Source: a virus (Duplodnaviria > Caudoviricetes). From it: a stretch of 44,889 nt of DNA. The translations under genes were made by a program, and so were the position numbers. Position 1 is the first letter of the stretch; the number at the start of each line of letters is the position of its first letter. The notes beneath the pieces are model-generated. The model saw only the letters and a list, made by a program, of their open reading frames with translations, did not search any database and was not told where the DNA came from. The DNA lies in the IMG/VR virus record IMGVR_UViG_3300043436_000184, positions 1 to 44,889 of that record. One strand, written 5' to 3'. Below are positions 36,325 through 44,889 of the stretch, piece after piece.

Positions 36325-36354
36325 AAAAAAGGGGAGCCGTAAAGCTCCCCTTTT
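36325..36354. terminator. Intrinsic terminator after the major capsid gene (bidirectional shape)
   Basis: A6-GGGGAGC-CGTAAA-GCTCCCC-T4. Confidence 0.88.
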
Positions 36355-36357
36355 GTC

Positions 36358-37266
36358 TTACGCGCCTTGCGAACCGTACATACCCAATGGGTCTGACCAG
36401 CCGAAGGAATAACGCTCACGAGCCTTGTAACGGACGTTGCCGGTATCAAAGTCACCGTCCATCGACTGAGCCAGCGGGCTACGAACAAAGTGCTTCATGC
36501 CGTTTGGAACGTCAGTGGTCAGGAACCATGCGTTTGTATCGGTCAGGAAGTGGTTGATCGTATAGCCTTCTGGGATCGAGCCGTTGTTCTTCAGAGCGTT
36601 GATGTCGTTGTCATTGGTACCGACGCGGAGTTCGGTTTCCAGCAGACGAGTTGCAACGAACTGGAGAGCAGGAGGAACGACCAGCTTACGTGGCTTGGCA
36701 GCGATCAGCAGACCACGTTCGTCTTGCCATGCAGCGATTTGAATCACAGCATTTTCCAACGAAGTTTCGTTCAAGTCAGCAGCAGTCGAAGGGATATTCG
36801 AGTTGGTGCCACCGGAAACGAGTGGGTGGTTAGCCGAAAACAGAGCCTGACCGTCACCACCCGGATACGACGACGAGAAGCCGTTGTTCAGGATAGCAGC
36901 AGCCTTGACCTGCTTGGTGTACGCCATAGCACGAGCCAGACCCTTGGTATAACGAGCCGAGAGGCTGTCATACAGGTTATCTTCGATGGCCTCTTCGGTC
37001 AGCGAGAAACCCAGAGCGATGGTTTCGTGGTTGTATCGAGCAGTCCAAGCTTCCTGCGCATTGTCATAAGCAATCGCAGAGCCTTCGTTCTTGACTGGAG
37101 CAGCCGAGAAGCCAGACAGCTTGGTCTCTTCTTCGAATGAACGCTCAGAGGTCTCGGTTTCGTAGATCTCTTTGTGCTCTTCGCCATAACGGGCATACTC
37201 CAGACCGAACAGGGCGTTCAGGCCGGGGAGCAGCTCTTTCAGTAGTTGTGCGCGTGAAATAGCCAT
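36358..37266 (-). CDS. Major capsid protein (HK97 fold, Mu gpT-like)
   Basis: MAISRAQLLKELLPGLNALFGLEY, DGQALFS..HP, P.KLVVPPAL and RYKARERYSFGWSD; strong codon bias; followed by a terminator. Confidence 0.9.
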   Translation of the reverse strand: MAISRAQLLKELLPGLNALFGLEYARYGEEHKEIYETETSERSFEEETKLSGFSAAPVKNEGSAIAYDNAQEAWTARYNHETIALGFSLTEEAIEDNLYDSLSARYTKGLARAMAYTKQVKAAAILNNGFSSSYPGGDGQALFSANHPLVSGGTNSNIPSTAADLNETSLENAVIQIAAWQDERGLLIAAKPRKLVVPPALQFVATRLLETELRVGTNDNDINALKNNGSIPEGYTINHFLTDTNAWFLTTDVPNGMKHFVRSPLAQSMDGDFDTGNVRYKARERYSFGWSDPLGMYGSQGA

Positions 37267-37277
37267 TTATATGCTCC

Positions 37278-37919
37278 TTAAATGCCGGTGGCGTTGTAAT
37301 ACGAGTGGTAGCCGAAGTTGAACTTAACGATCACTTCGAAGAAACCAGCCGAGGTTGCGGTGTCAGGCACCATATCGACTACACGCATTGGCAGGGAAGT
37401 CGTTACGCCGTTAGCGTAAATGCCGATACGGGAATCACCAGTAACAGTCGAACCGGTGTTCAACACCAGAACCACGTTGTTACCCAGAGTGGACTGAGAC
37501 AGTGCCACAGGGGTCAGGCCGGTAGTGCCAGCAGTATCGCCAACCGAAACAGCCTTATAGAGCTGGTCAGGATCGTCAGCAATGTATGCCTTGGCATCAG
37601 TTACGCCAGAGGCGAAACCGGGCCAGTACTGGGAGAAAGTCAGTTGTTTAGTCACCGGATTGGTGTAAGTGCATCCGAGGAATACACCGACAACACCTGC
37701 AACTGGGGAAGTATCAGTGTCCAAGGTGCCAAGGGCCACCACACCATCAGCCGTCAGAGCAACCACGTCACCGTTAAAAATAGCAGTGTTGTAGCTGACC
37801 GAAGAGGTCGTGATGGGGAGTTGGCGAGTTGCACCTGCGAACACCTGTCCGCCAATCAGATTGATTGGCTTTAGGCCGTAAGGGGCCGTAATCGCTGGGT
37901 AAGGCGCGGTTTGTGCCAT
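37278..37919 (-). CDS. Capsid-associated (cement/decoration-like) protein
   Basis: APYGLKP...IFNGDVV...GVFLGC.Y...DDPD; immediately upstream of the capsid gene with similar codon bias. Confidence 0.6.
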   Translation of the reverse strand: MAQTAPYPAITAPYGLKPINLIGGQVFAGATRQLPITTSSVSYNTAIFNGDVVALTADGVVALGTLDTDTSPVAGVVGVFLGCTYTNPVTKQLTFSQYWPGFASGVTDAKAYIADDPDQLYKAVSVGDTAGTTGLTPVALSQSTLGNNVVLVLNTGSTVTGDSRIGIYANGVTTSLPMRVVDMVPDTATSAGFFEVIVKFNFGYHSYYNATGI

Positions 37920-37940
37920 GATTAAACTCCAAAAGTTTGG

Positions 37941-38390
37941 TTAATTACCTTTACCAAACGATGTCGAAGATTTACGTTCATTAAAGAGCGGCATCCTCGG
38001 ATCGTTCTGGCGCATCAAGTTGTTATCTACAGACTCAATCTGCCCTTCAGATTGGCGCTGGTAGTGGCTATTACGCTGTTCTACCAACTCCTGCGGAGTC
38101 TTGCAAAGTAACAACCCACCGACCTCGACATTGTCCTTAAAGCGACTATTCGGGTCGATTAGCAGTTGAAATTTTGGCTGTTCCTCAATCTTGACTGGCT
38201 CCCAACCTTCACGCAATTTAGCGGAAAGGTTACGCGGGTCAGCGTTGTTCAGGGTTGAGACACGAATCCATCTGTACGCGAAACCGGGTTGCTTGTCTGG
38301 TTCAGGCAAAAGCTCAGGGGGTGTCCACTGCTTGGGACGTTCCTGCACGGCACGAGTTTCAAGTTCACGACTAAGTTTGTTTTCAGCCAT
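37941..38390 (-). CDS. Head-module hypothetical protein
   Basis: YRWIR...REGWEPV...VGGLLLC; lies between scaffold and capsid genes. Confidence 0.7.
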   Translation of the reverse strand: MAENKLSRELETRAVQERPKQWTPPELLPEPDKQPGFAYRWIRVSTLNNADPRNLSAKLREGWEPVKIEEQPKFQLLIDPNSRFKDNVEVGGLLLCKTPQELVEQRNSHYQRQSEGQIESVDNNLMRQNDPRMPLFNERKSSTSFGKGN

Positions 38391-39333
38391 TGTTGGCCTC
38401 CATTTTCATAATTTCACGGGCGTATTGCTCGGGGGTTAGCCCAAGCTTCTTTGCAATGCTCAACTGCGATTGCTTAAGCACAATCTTTTTGGAGCCTGTG
38501 CTACGGGTCGCAGGAGCGACGACCGTGGATGATTTTTCTGTGCGCGAACCAGATTTCTCGGGTTGCGATTTATCTTGGAAGTAGTCCGGGAAGCGTTGAC
38601 GCATAGTGCTATCAACCTTCTGCCAGTACTCGTCGGTGGACGGATAGCTGGAACCGTACTGTTTGACTAGCTTTTGGTGTAGCCCAAGTGCAAGACTAGT
38701 CATCTCCTCGTCCTGACCGAACCATGTGTTGCGCTCTTGCCACGCAACCGACCTTGGGTCAGGACGAGCCACTTGTGCTTCTGGAATGTCTTTTACATCA
38801 TCTTCTTGACGTTGTAAAGAGGGTACGTACTCTTTTGCTTTCTGCAACTTATAGTTGGCGTTGGTAATCTTCTCCTGCGCCTCAATAAGTTTGTCTGTAT
38901 CCCCTGCGTCATAGGCTTCCCGGTAGATACGTTTAGCCGCGTCCAACTCCATCTCGGCAGCGGTTTGGTAGGTCTGGAGGTAGTTTCTCTCACCTTCGGA
39001 GAGCCTATTTTTAAGTGCTCTATTCTCTTCTAATACTCTTTTGGCAAGATCTTCTGCCGCCTGACGTTCCCGCTGGGCTTGGTCTTTGTCCCGGCGCTCG
39101 TCGTGCCAGACCTTTTTCATCTGTTTTAGGCGAACTTTGACCTTTTCGGAGTAATCCTCAAGTTCATCTTGTTCAAGTTCTTGTACAATTTCCTTGGGTA
39201 AAGGCTCTCTGCCCCGGTCTTCTGGTGGGGTATCGTCTTCAATTTCAAAGTCAAAATTGTCTTTTTTGGCTTCTACTTTGCCACCTTCTTTTGCTTCCCG
39301 CTCATCGGGAAACTCAAATTCTGTCTTTTCCAT
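38383..39333 (-). CDS. Putative capsid scaffolding protein
   Basis: Acidic N-terminus, long coiled coil and C-terminal IAKKLGLTPEQYA. Confidence 0.7.
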   Translation of the reverse strand: MEKTEFEFPDEREAKEGGKVEAKKDNFDFEIEDDTPPEDRGREPLPKEIVQELEQDELEDYSEKVKVRLKQMKKVWHDERRDKDQAQRERQAAEDLAKRVLEENRALKNRLSEGERNYLQTYQTAAEMELDAAKRIYREAYDAGDTDKLIEAQEKITNANYKLQKAKEYVPSLQRQEDDVKDIPEAQVARPDPRSVAWQERNTWFGQDEEMTSLALGLHQKLVKQYGSSYPSTDEYWQKVDSTMRQRFPDYFQDKSQPEKSGSRTEKSSTVVAPATRSTGSKKIVLKQSQLSIAKKLGLTPEQYAREIMKMEANNG

Positions 39334-39343
39334 TTACTTCTCC

Positions 39344-39736
39344 TTATGCGCGGCGAATGCCACGTGGGTCTTCAACGACTGCTTCAACAGTATCGTCATT
39401 GATCATGCGAAACTCTTTGCCATGAATCTTTAGGCGGGTGCCACTATTAGGACGAGCCAAAATGAAATCCCCCGGCTTACACCACGGGCCACTTGGAAAA
39501 CGCTTCTCATCTTTGTAGCAGTCAGGGCCAAGAGCCACGACAAAAAATACCGTTGCAAGTACTTCTTCAAAGTGACGGGTTTGGTCTGCTTTAATCAGGC
39601 CGCTCTCGTATGCCTCTTCAATATCCGGCAGCGTCACGAGGATGTGATACCCCGATGGCTGTGGTAATTGTTTGGCTTTCTCTTCTGCTGTTTGTGGTAC
39701 TTCACCGCTTTCTGTAGCGATTAGTATTTCACTCAT
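39344..39736 (-). CDS. groES: GroES-like co-chaperonin
   Basis: P.GYHILV...ESGLI...VVALGP...CKPGDFIL...GT...GKEFRMINDDTVEAVV; ATG at 39736. Confidence 0.8.
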   Translation of the reverse strand: MSEILIATESGEVPQTAEEKAKQLPQPSGYHILVTLPDIEEAYESGLIKADQTRHFEEVLATVFFVVALGPDCYKDEKRFPSGPWCKPGDFILARPNSGTRLKIHGKEFRMINDDTVEAVVEDPRGIRRA

Positions 39737-39923
39737 CGTCGTGCCGCTCCATTTGGTCTGCAAGGTCTAAGATAAAGCCTTCTGCGATGGATAGACCCCG
39801 AATCTCCCCGCACATTGCGCGATACTCCGCGTAATCTTTTGCAGACGCCCCGCTCATTGCAGCAGCGAGTTGCGCCTGTTTATCGTTAATTTTGTCTTTA
39901 ACAATCGCCAGTGTTTTGTCCAC
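39729..39923 (-). CDS. Small helical hypothetical protein
   Basis: TAAGGAG RBS and GTG start; DYAEYRAMCGEIRGL. Confidence 0.7.
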   Translation of the reverse strand: MDKTLAIVKDKINDKQAQLAAAMSGASAKDYAEYRAMCGEIRGLSIAEGFILDLADQMERHDDE

Positions 39924-39926
39924 TGA

Positions 39927-42407
39927 TTACTCCTTAGTTGGTTTTGCTTTTGCCCGCATCTGTTGTTGAAGTTGCGTGTGTGATTTTGCTACGTCAATAC
40001 CCATACGAACACCTGCTTCTTCCTGACGTGCTGCAAGCTCCGCTTTGTCTTTTGCGGCTTTAGCGCCCACCTGCATACCTGCGATTTCTTTCTGGGCTGC
40101 GATGCGTTGCTTCTCAATCTCCAGTTGATCTGCTTTTGTCGCAGCGTCAATCTGAAGTTTGTTCTTCTTGATCTCCACTTCTTCTTTCTTAAGCTGCAAC
40201 TCTTGCATCTGCATCTGGATAACAGGGTCTTGCGCAGCTTGTTGAGCTTGTTGCTGTTGTGCTTCGGCAGAATCTTTCTGCAAGAGTTTCTGTGCAGCCA
40301 TTGCCATCATGCGTGAGATTTCCAACTCAACTTCTGCTGGAAGCTCTTCATCCATACCCGGTAATGGGATACCAAGTTGCTGCTCGATCTGCTTGCGGTA
40401 CTCAAACGCCACGTGCTCGTTAATATGGGCCATAGCAGCGGCCATAATTGTGGATGCATTTGGGTTTTGTCCCACCATTGCAGCAATCTTGGGGTCTTTC
40501 ATTGCTGATATGTGCACTTGAATATGGGCTTCGTGATCCTGATAAATGAACGCCTTAACAGGCTGCATATTCAGAATTGCCATGTTCTCGGACACAGGGT
40601 CTTTGGGTTTCTGTTCTTCAGCACTTGGTACAAGCTTGCCGATATTCTTAATGCCCAACACCTCAAGCATCTGCCTATTCAACTCCACCATGTCGTAAAT
40701 CTGTGGGTTGGATTGCGCCATCTGCATCACTGCTTGATACTGAACCACCTTCTGCGACATGGTCGCCGCGTTAGGATCAGAGACCGGGATTACTTCTACG
40801 TTGTCGTAGTCAGACTTCTTGGCACGGCGGGAGCCTTCAGTTGGCTCGTAGCTGTACTCTTCTGGTGTGTAGTCAGCAATGATTACCTTGAGGAGCTTGA
40901 ACTCCTGCTTCATTGCGTAGTGGATGCGGGCCTGAACAGCCGACATGATCTTTAACTGACGCTCAAGAATAGCCAGTGTAGTACCGACCGGCGACTGTGA
41001 AGACATATCCGACACTTTAAGATCGGCAGCAGACGCGAAGCGACGGCCCTCGTCCACAATCTGATTCATCAGCGACATCAACACCTGCGATGGCTCTTTA
41101 TATGGCAGCGGCAAAATGTTGTCGCGTATGGTGCCAGACGCCACATCCACGTCACGGAACTCACCCGGAGCAATAGGCGTGTCATCTCCCTTGGTACGCA
41201 TACCTTTGGACTTCAGACCCCCCGGCAAGTTTGCCAACGTACCCGCATCAACCAACTGACGAATGAGCGATGTGCCCGACTTAGCGTACGCACCAATCAG
41301 ATGGATCAAACCAAAGTGATAAAAGCCAAAACCGGGGATATAGCCGTAGTGTACGAAGTGGCTACGCTTTTGTTTTGTCTCATCATCAGGCTGATAGTTG
41401 CGGCGAATAGCCAACACTTCTTGTGACGTTTTATCAATAGTGACGATGTAGGGCAGAGCAATGCCTGTCTCTTTACCGTCTTCATCTTTATCCTCATACC
41501 CCGGCAGGTCAAGATAGACCTGCATCTCGAGGAGTTTGTAGCGGTCGTCAGTAGTAGCGCGGAAGCCCATCTTCTCCGCAATCTTCTTCTCTACTTCATC
41601 TAATGTATTGCTTGGCTCTGGCAGATCAATGTCGCGATAAAAGCCTGCGACCATCAATCTCTTGACCTCGTTCTCAGTCTTACGCATGACATGCGTGACG
41701 CGTTCTGATGTCTCCAGATTAGACGCGCCATACGGCACGACCACATCTTCCGCAGGCACAAACACAGACACCTGACGGTTCAACGATGGATCGAAGTACA
41801 CCTTCTTGAAGGCGTTACCAGACAGACCCAAGCCCCACAACATGCGCTCGTGCTCACCGCGATACTCCACCATCACGTCGGTGAGTTGATAGTTCATGTC
41901 GTCCCGGACGCGTTCCGCTGATGCTTTTTTCTCAGGCGTCTCTTTGCCGATGATCTGCGTTTTAACTGGGCCAGCAGCGGGGAAAGTCTCCATAATCGTT
42001 TCAGACTGGAACTTAACGAGCGCCTCAGATAGCAACGGATGGTATACCCCACAGGCTCCCTCCCAAGGTTCAGACCGCTCCTCGATCTTCATCCCCAGTA
42101 GCTCAAGACCGTCTACATAAGTCTGCATCCAGTCTTTGCGTGAGGACACGTCTTCCTCATACTCGCCAATCAAATCACCCGCAATCTCTGCCAACACGTC
42201 TTCCGAGATGTCTTCCGCAAGGTTAGCGTTGAACTCTTCGTCTTCTATCTCTTTGTTGGGCTCGAAGGATATCTCTATCCCACCTGCGGTAATACCTACA
42301 CTCTCCGGGTCCTCGATCTCAATCTCGATCTCTGGCCCCATGTCTTGCTCCATCGGATCATCCTGCATACCCAGCGGGGCTTGGTTTAGCGCTTTATCAA
42401 TTGCCAT
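39927..42407 (-). CDS. Portal protein (P22-like, with long C-terminal coiled coil)
   Basis: Follows TerL; SRKDW, HPLLSEA, GNAFKKVYFD and GFYHFGL motifs; Gln-rich tail. Confidence 0.85.
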   Translation of the reverse strand: MAIDKALNQAPLGMQDDPMEQDMGPEIEIEIEDPESVGITAGGIEISFEPNKEIEDEEFNANLAEDISEDVLAEIAGDLIGEYEEDVSSRKDWMQTYVDGLELLGMKIEERSEPWEGACGVYHPLLSEALVKFQSETIMETFPAAGPVKTQIIGKETPEKKASAERVRDDMNYQLTDVMVEYRGEHERMLWGLGLSGNAFKKVYFDPSLNRQVSVFVPAEDVVVPYGASNLETSERVTHVMRKTENEVKRLMVAGFYRDIDLPEPSNTLDEVEKKIAEKMGFRATTDDRYKLLEMQVYLDLPGYEDKDEDGKETGIALPYIVTIDKTSQEVLAIRRNYQPDDETKQKRSHFVHYGYIPGFGFYHFGLIHLIGAYAKSGTSLIRQLVDAGTLANLPGGLKSKGMRTKGDDTPIAPGEFRDVDVASGTIRDNILPLPYKEPSQVLMSLMNQIVDEGRRFASAADLKVSDMSSQSPVGTTLAILERQLKIMSAVQARIHYAMKQEFKLLKVIIADYTPEEYSYEPTEGSRRAKKSDYDNVEVIPVSDPNAATMSQKVVQYQAVMQMAQSNPQIYDMVELNRQMLEVLGIKNIGKLVPSAEEQKPKDPVSENMAILNMQPVKAFIYQDHEAHIQVHISAMKDPKIAAMVGQNPNASTIMAAAMAHINEHVAFEYRKQIEQQLGIPLPGMDEELPAEVELEISRMMAMAAQKLLQKDSAEAQQQQAQQAAQDPVIQMQMQELQLKKEEVEIKKNKLQIDAATKADQLEIEKQRIAAQKEIAGMQVGAKAAKDKAELAARQEEAGVRMGIDVAKSHTQLQQQMRAKAKPTKE

Positions 42408-42633
42408 GTTCAAATTCCTTAAATGTTGTAACAGACGGGGCTGTCACTTGCGTCATATGGCTCACGTTTAAATCTTCACGTGTTATGCCAAAAGGATTGG
42501 TTCTAATCCATCTATCAATATCTTCTTTAGTTATGACATGTGGGGTTTTGTCCGCCGCTTGTACCTGCTTGAGCAAACGACGGTTGGCTTTCTTGACCCG
42601 CCACCAAAATTTAATAGTTTCAAAGAAAGCCAT
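42397..42633 (-). CDS. Hypothetical protein between TerL and portal
   Basis: 78-aa ORF overlapping both neighbours; visibly AT-richer. Confidence 0.55.
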   Translation of the reverse strand: MAFFETIKFWWRVKKANRRLLKQVQAADKTPHVITKEDIDRWIRTNPFGITREDLNVSHMTQVTAPSVTTFKEFEHGN

Positions 42634-44153
42634 CAGTAATAAACCCTCTTGCGTTTAAATTCTCTAATCTCTTCCGGCTCATCCAAGTCAGTGCGGATGT
42701 AGCCACCTTTTCTAAATCGCATCAATGCCATAGACACGGAGTCCACATAGTCATCGTGTTCTCCGCCGGGGAAAGAAGCAACTTCATCGACCACTTCTTC
42801 TGCCCACCGCGTCTCTGGTACCCACACCCGCTTGCTTGCGAACAGATCAGACACCGCGTTGAGACGACTGATCTTGTCGTTACCCTTGCTCGGCGTGAAC
42901 TCCTGTACAGGAATGCCCATCGCCCGCATCTCGTATATGAGAGGCGCTCCACTTGCCTTCTTCTCAATGATTATTGAGTCAGGCTCCCACTCCTTATATT
43001 CTTCCACGGCTCTGCGTTTTAGTGTCGGAAACTCCATCCTGTCCCGAAACGCATTGAGCAATATGATATTTGCTTGGGTTACCCCGTTGTCATCCGGCTG
43101 ATAAAACACACCCCAAGTAGTACACGCACTATAGTCGGCCCGATTATGCTTCTCGAACGCCGTATCCCAGCTTTGCAGCACAAACTCACACTGTGGAGGG
43201 TGCTCGTCTTCCCAAATCTGCCACCATTCCCGTTTAACAATCGCCGAAGCGTCGGAGGTGGGGTTCTGCATGTACTGCGCCATCCATTTCTGGTTGGGCA
43301 GTTCGTTTTTGAGGACAGTAAGTTCTTTAAGTGACCAAAACTCAGGCCATAGCGGGCTACCCGAGGGCAAAATCGCTGGAAACTCGATCACTTCCCACTC
43401 ATCACCGTCACGCTGCGCTGCGGCCTTCAAAACTTGGGCGGTCAAGTCCTTCTTAGACCAGCGCGTCATCACAATAATGATAGACCCACCCGGCTGGAGT
43501 CGCTGCCGTGGTCCTGATGTGTACCACTCGTAGGTTTTGTCGTAGATTTCCGGGTTCACTTCGGCCAATGCGGCCTCTTGTTCGCTGTGCGGGTCATCAA
43601 TAATGAGAATATCCGCACCTTTACCGGTCACAGCACCCCCAACACCGATAGCGAAGTAGTCACCACCCTTGGATGTGTTCCATCGACCCGCCGCTTTGGA
43701 GTCTGATTGCAGTGCAACATCAGAAAAAATGCCTTTATAGGTGTCTGAGTCCACCAAATTTCGGACTTTTCGACCAAAACCCACCGCAAGTTCTGCTGTA
43801 TGCGACGTTTGAATTACTTTTTTGTGAGGAAAATTGCCCAAAAACCATGCTGGCAGCAGGTATGAGGCGAATTCTGATTTCGTGTGCCGTGGTGGCATGT
43901 TGATGATGAGTCGTTTGCACTCCCCCCGAGCCACTCTCTCAAACGCCCTAGCCATCTTGACATGATGTGCTCCATTAATAAATGACGGCCAGACGGTATG
44001 CACAAACTGCATGAAGTCATGCCGAGCCAAATCTGTCTTCTTGCGTTCCTGAAGTTCCTCCAGTAGCTCCGCCACCCGTAGCTGCACTTCTGCGGGCAGG
44101 GTTTGTATAAGCGCCGGGTTACTTTTCAGGGCTTCAAGGACAGGAGCGTTCAT
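42633..44153 (-). CDS. terL: Terminase large subunit
   Basis: MPPRHTKSE (Walker A variant), ILIIDDP (Walker B), MTRW, SWDTA, IEKKASG and HDDYVDS nuclease motifs. Confidence 0.95.
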   Translation of the reverse strand: MNAPVLEALKSNPALIQTLPAEVQLRVAELLEELQERKKTDLARHDFMQFVHTVWPSFINGAHHVKMARAFERVARGECKRLIINMPPRHTKSEFASYLLPAWFLGNFPHKKVIQTSHTAELAVGFGRKVRNLVDSDTYKGIFSDVALQSDSKAAGRWNTSKGGDYFAIGVGGAVTGKGADILIIDDPHSEQEAALAEVNPEIYDKTYEWYTSGPRQRLQPGGSIIIVMTRWSKKDLTAQVLKAAAQRDGDEWEVIEFPAILPSGSPLWPEFWSLKELTVLKNELPNQKWMAQYMQNPTSDASAIVKREWWQIWEDEHPPQCEFVLQSWDTAFEKHNRADYSACTTWGVFYQPDDNGVTQANIILLNAFRDRMEFPTLKRRAVEEYKEWEPDSIIIEKKASGAPLIYEMRAMGIPVQEFTPSKGNDKISRLNAVSDLFASKRVWVPETRWAEEVVDEVASFPGGEHDDYVDSVSMALMRFRKGGYIRTDLDEPEEIREFKRKRVYY

Positions 44154-44776
44154 TTGCCGTCGTCGTCCTCGTGGTCACCTTCTGGGTCTGCTTCTTCTAA
44201 TTCGGATATCTCACCCTGATCATCCAAGGCAGCAAGCTCCGCATCCAAGTCCACCAGCGGGGTGGTGCCGTTCTCAATCACATCTGCATCCCCCATATAT
44301 TTAGAAAGCAGCGTGGTGAGTTCTGTTTCCAAATCTTCCGTGGGTTTTTGCTTGACCGTGATCTCCATCTGCTCACTGAACAGATTGACACCCTTGCGCT
44401 TACCTAATAACTCCAGCGCCTTTAATCTGACCTTGGGGTCTTCGTCTTCTGTCTCTTCCAGCAAACGGTTTGTCACGTAGTTGGCGATGCGCCTATTGGC
44501 ACCCAGAAACTCATGGTCGTAGTGGGACAGCATGGCTTCTAGTTTGAGAATAGCACCGGGTGGAGTCCTGCCGATTCTAAGCGGTGCTTGGTGGGCAAAG
44601 ATCTGATGTGCTGTCGCGCTGTCCTCGTCGGTAAGTTCTACCTCACCCCCTGCACCCATCAACTCCTTTATGGTTGCACATGCGGCAGCGGCTCGTTCAC
44701 GGAACTGTTCCACCTCTTCAGGTGTTACGTCAAGTGGCAGGGGTATCCCTACTTCCGGTGTGATGACGAGTGGCAT
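44150..44776 (-). CDS. Putative terminase small subunit
   Basis: Directly upstream of terL with a 4-nt overlap; RLKALELLGK..GVNLF motif; start reassigned to MPLVITPE at 44776. Confidence 0.55.
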   Translation of the reverse strand: MPLVITPEVGIPLPLDVTPEEVEQFRERAAAACATIKELMGAGGEVELTDEDSATAHQIFAHQAPLRIGRTPPGAILKLEAMLSHYDHEFLGANRRIANYVTNRLLEETEDEDPKVRLKALELLGKRKGVNLFSEQMEITVKQKPTEDLETELTTLLSKYMGDADVIENGTTPLVDLDAELAALDDQGEISELEEADPEGDHEDDDGK

Positions 44777-44855
44777 AGTTTCCCTACATGTGTACAACCC
44801 CCCGTCCATATGGGAACCCATTTAAAAAGTCAAGGGGGGTGTTTCTATAGCGCGG

Positions 44856-44883
44856 AGTATAGCTTGCCTTGTGGATTTTGCAA
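44856..44883 (-). promoter_or_regulatory. Sigma70-type promoter for the packaging/structural arm
   Basis: TTGCAA-16 nt-TATACT on the - strand. Confidence 0.6.
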
Positions 44884-44889
44884 GGGGGT

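Noticed and set aside
36224-36488. ORF 36264-36488 and the extended start of the 35759 gene at 36259
   Set aside because: The first overlaps the capsid gene and runs through its terminator. The second lies within the RNA structure, upstream of the evident RBS.

Overview
The window is most of the genome of a tailed dsDNA bacteriophage with podovirus-like organisation; both ends appear truncated. It has two convergent arms. The + arm (1-7.4 kb) is a DNA replication/recombination module: PD-(D/E)xK nuclease, small HNH-like protein, SNF2 helicase, putative ssDNA-binding/annealing protein, HTH regulator and primase-DUF927 helicase. The - arm (44.8 to 7.5 kb) is morphogenetic: terminase, portal, GroES-like co-chaperonin, scaffold, Mu gpT-like major capsid protein, a cluster of small basic proteins, head-tail and tail proteins, a lysis cassette, putative ejected proteins, a GNAT and a 2151-aa polyvalent protein. 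The most striking unannotated signal is an RNA-level control layer. A promoter- and terminator-bounded ~70-nt RNA at 7451-7521 is complementary to the ribosome-binding sites of two distant early genes (20/22 nt and 12/12 nt). There is also a ~280-nt multi-domain structured leader before the helicase, and switch/pseudoknot elements before the primase-helicase and after the capsid gene. A second system-like signal is a shared phi-x-x-G-G peptide motif in many small basic proteins, the putative ejected proteins and the scaffold. All calls come from reading motifs and base pairing by eye; no searches or folding programs were run.
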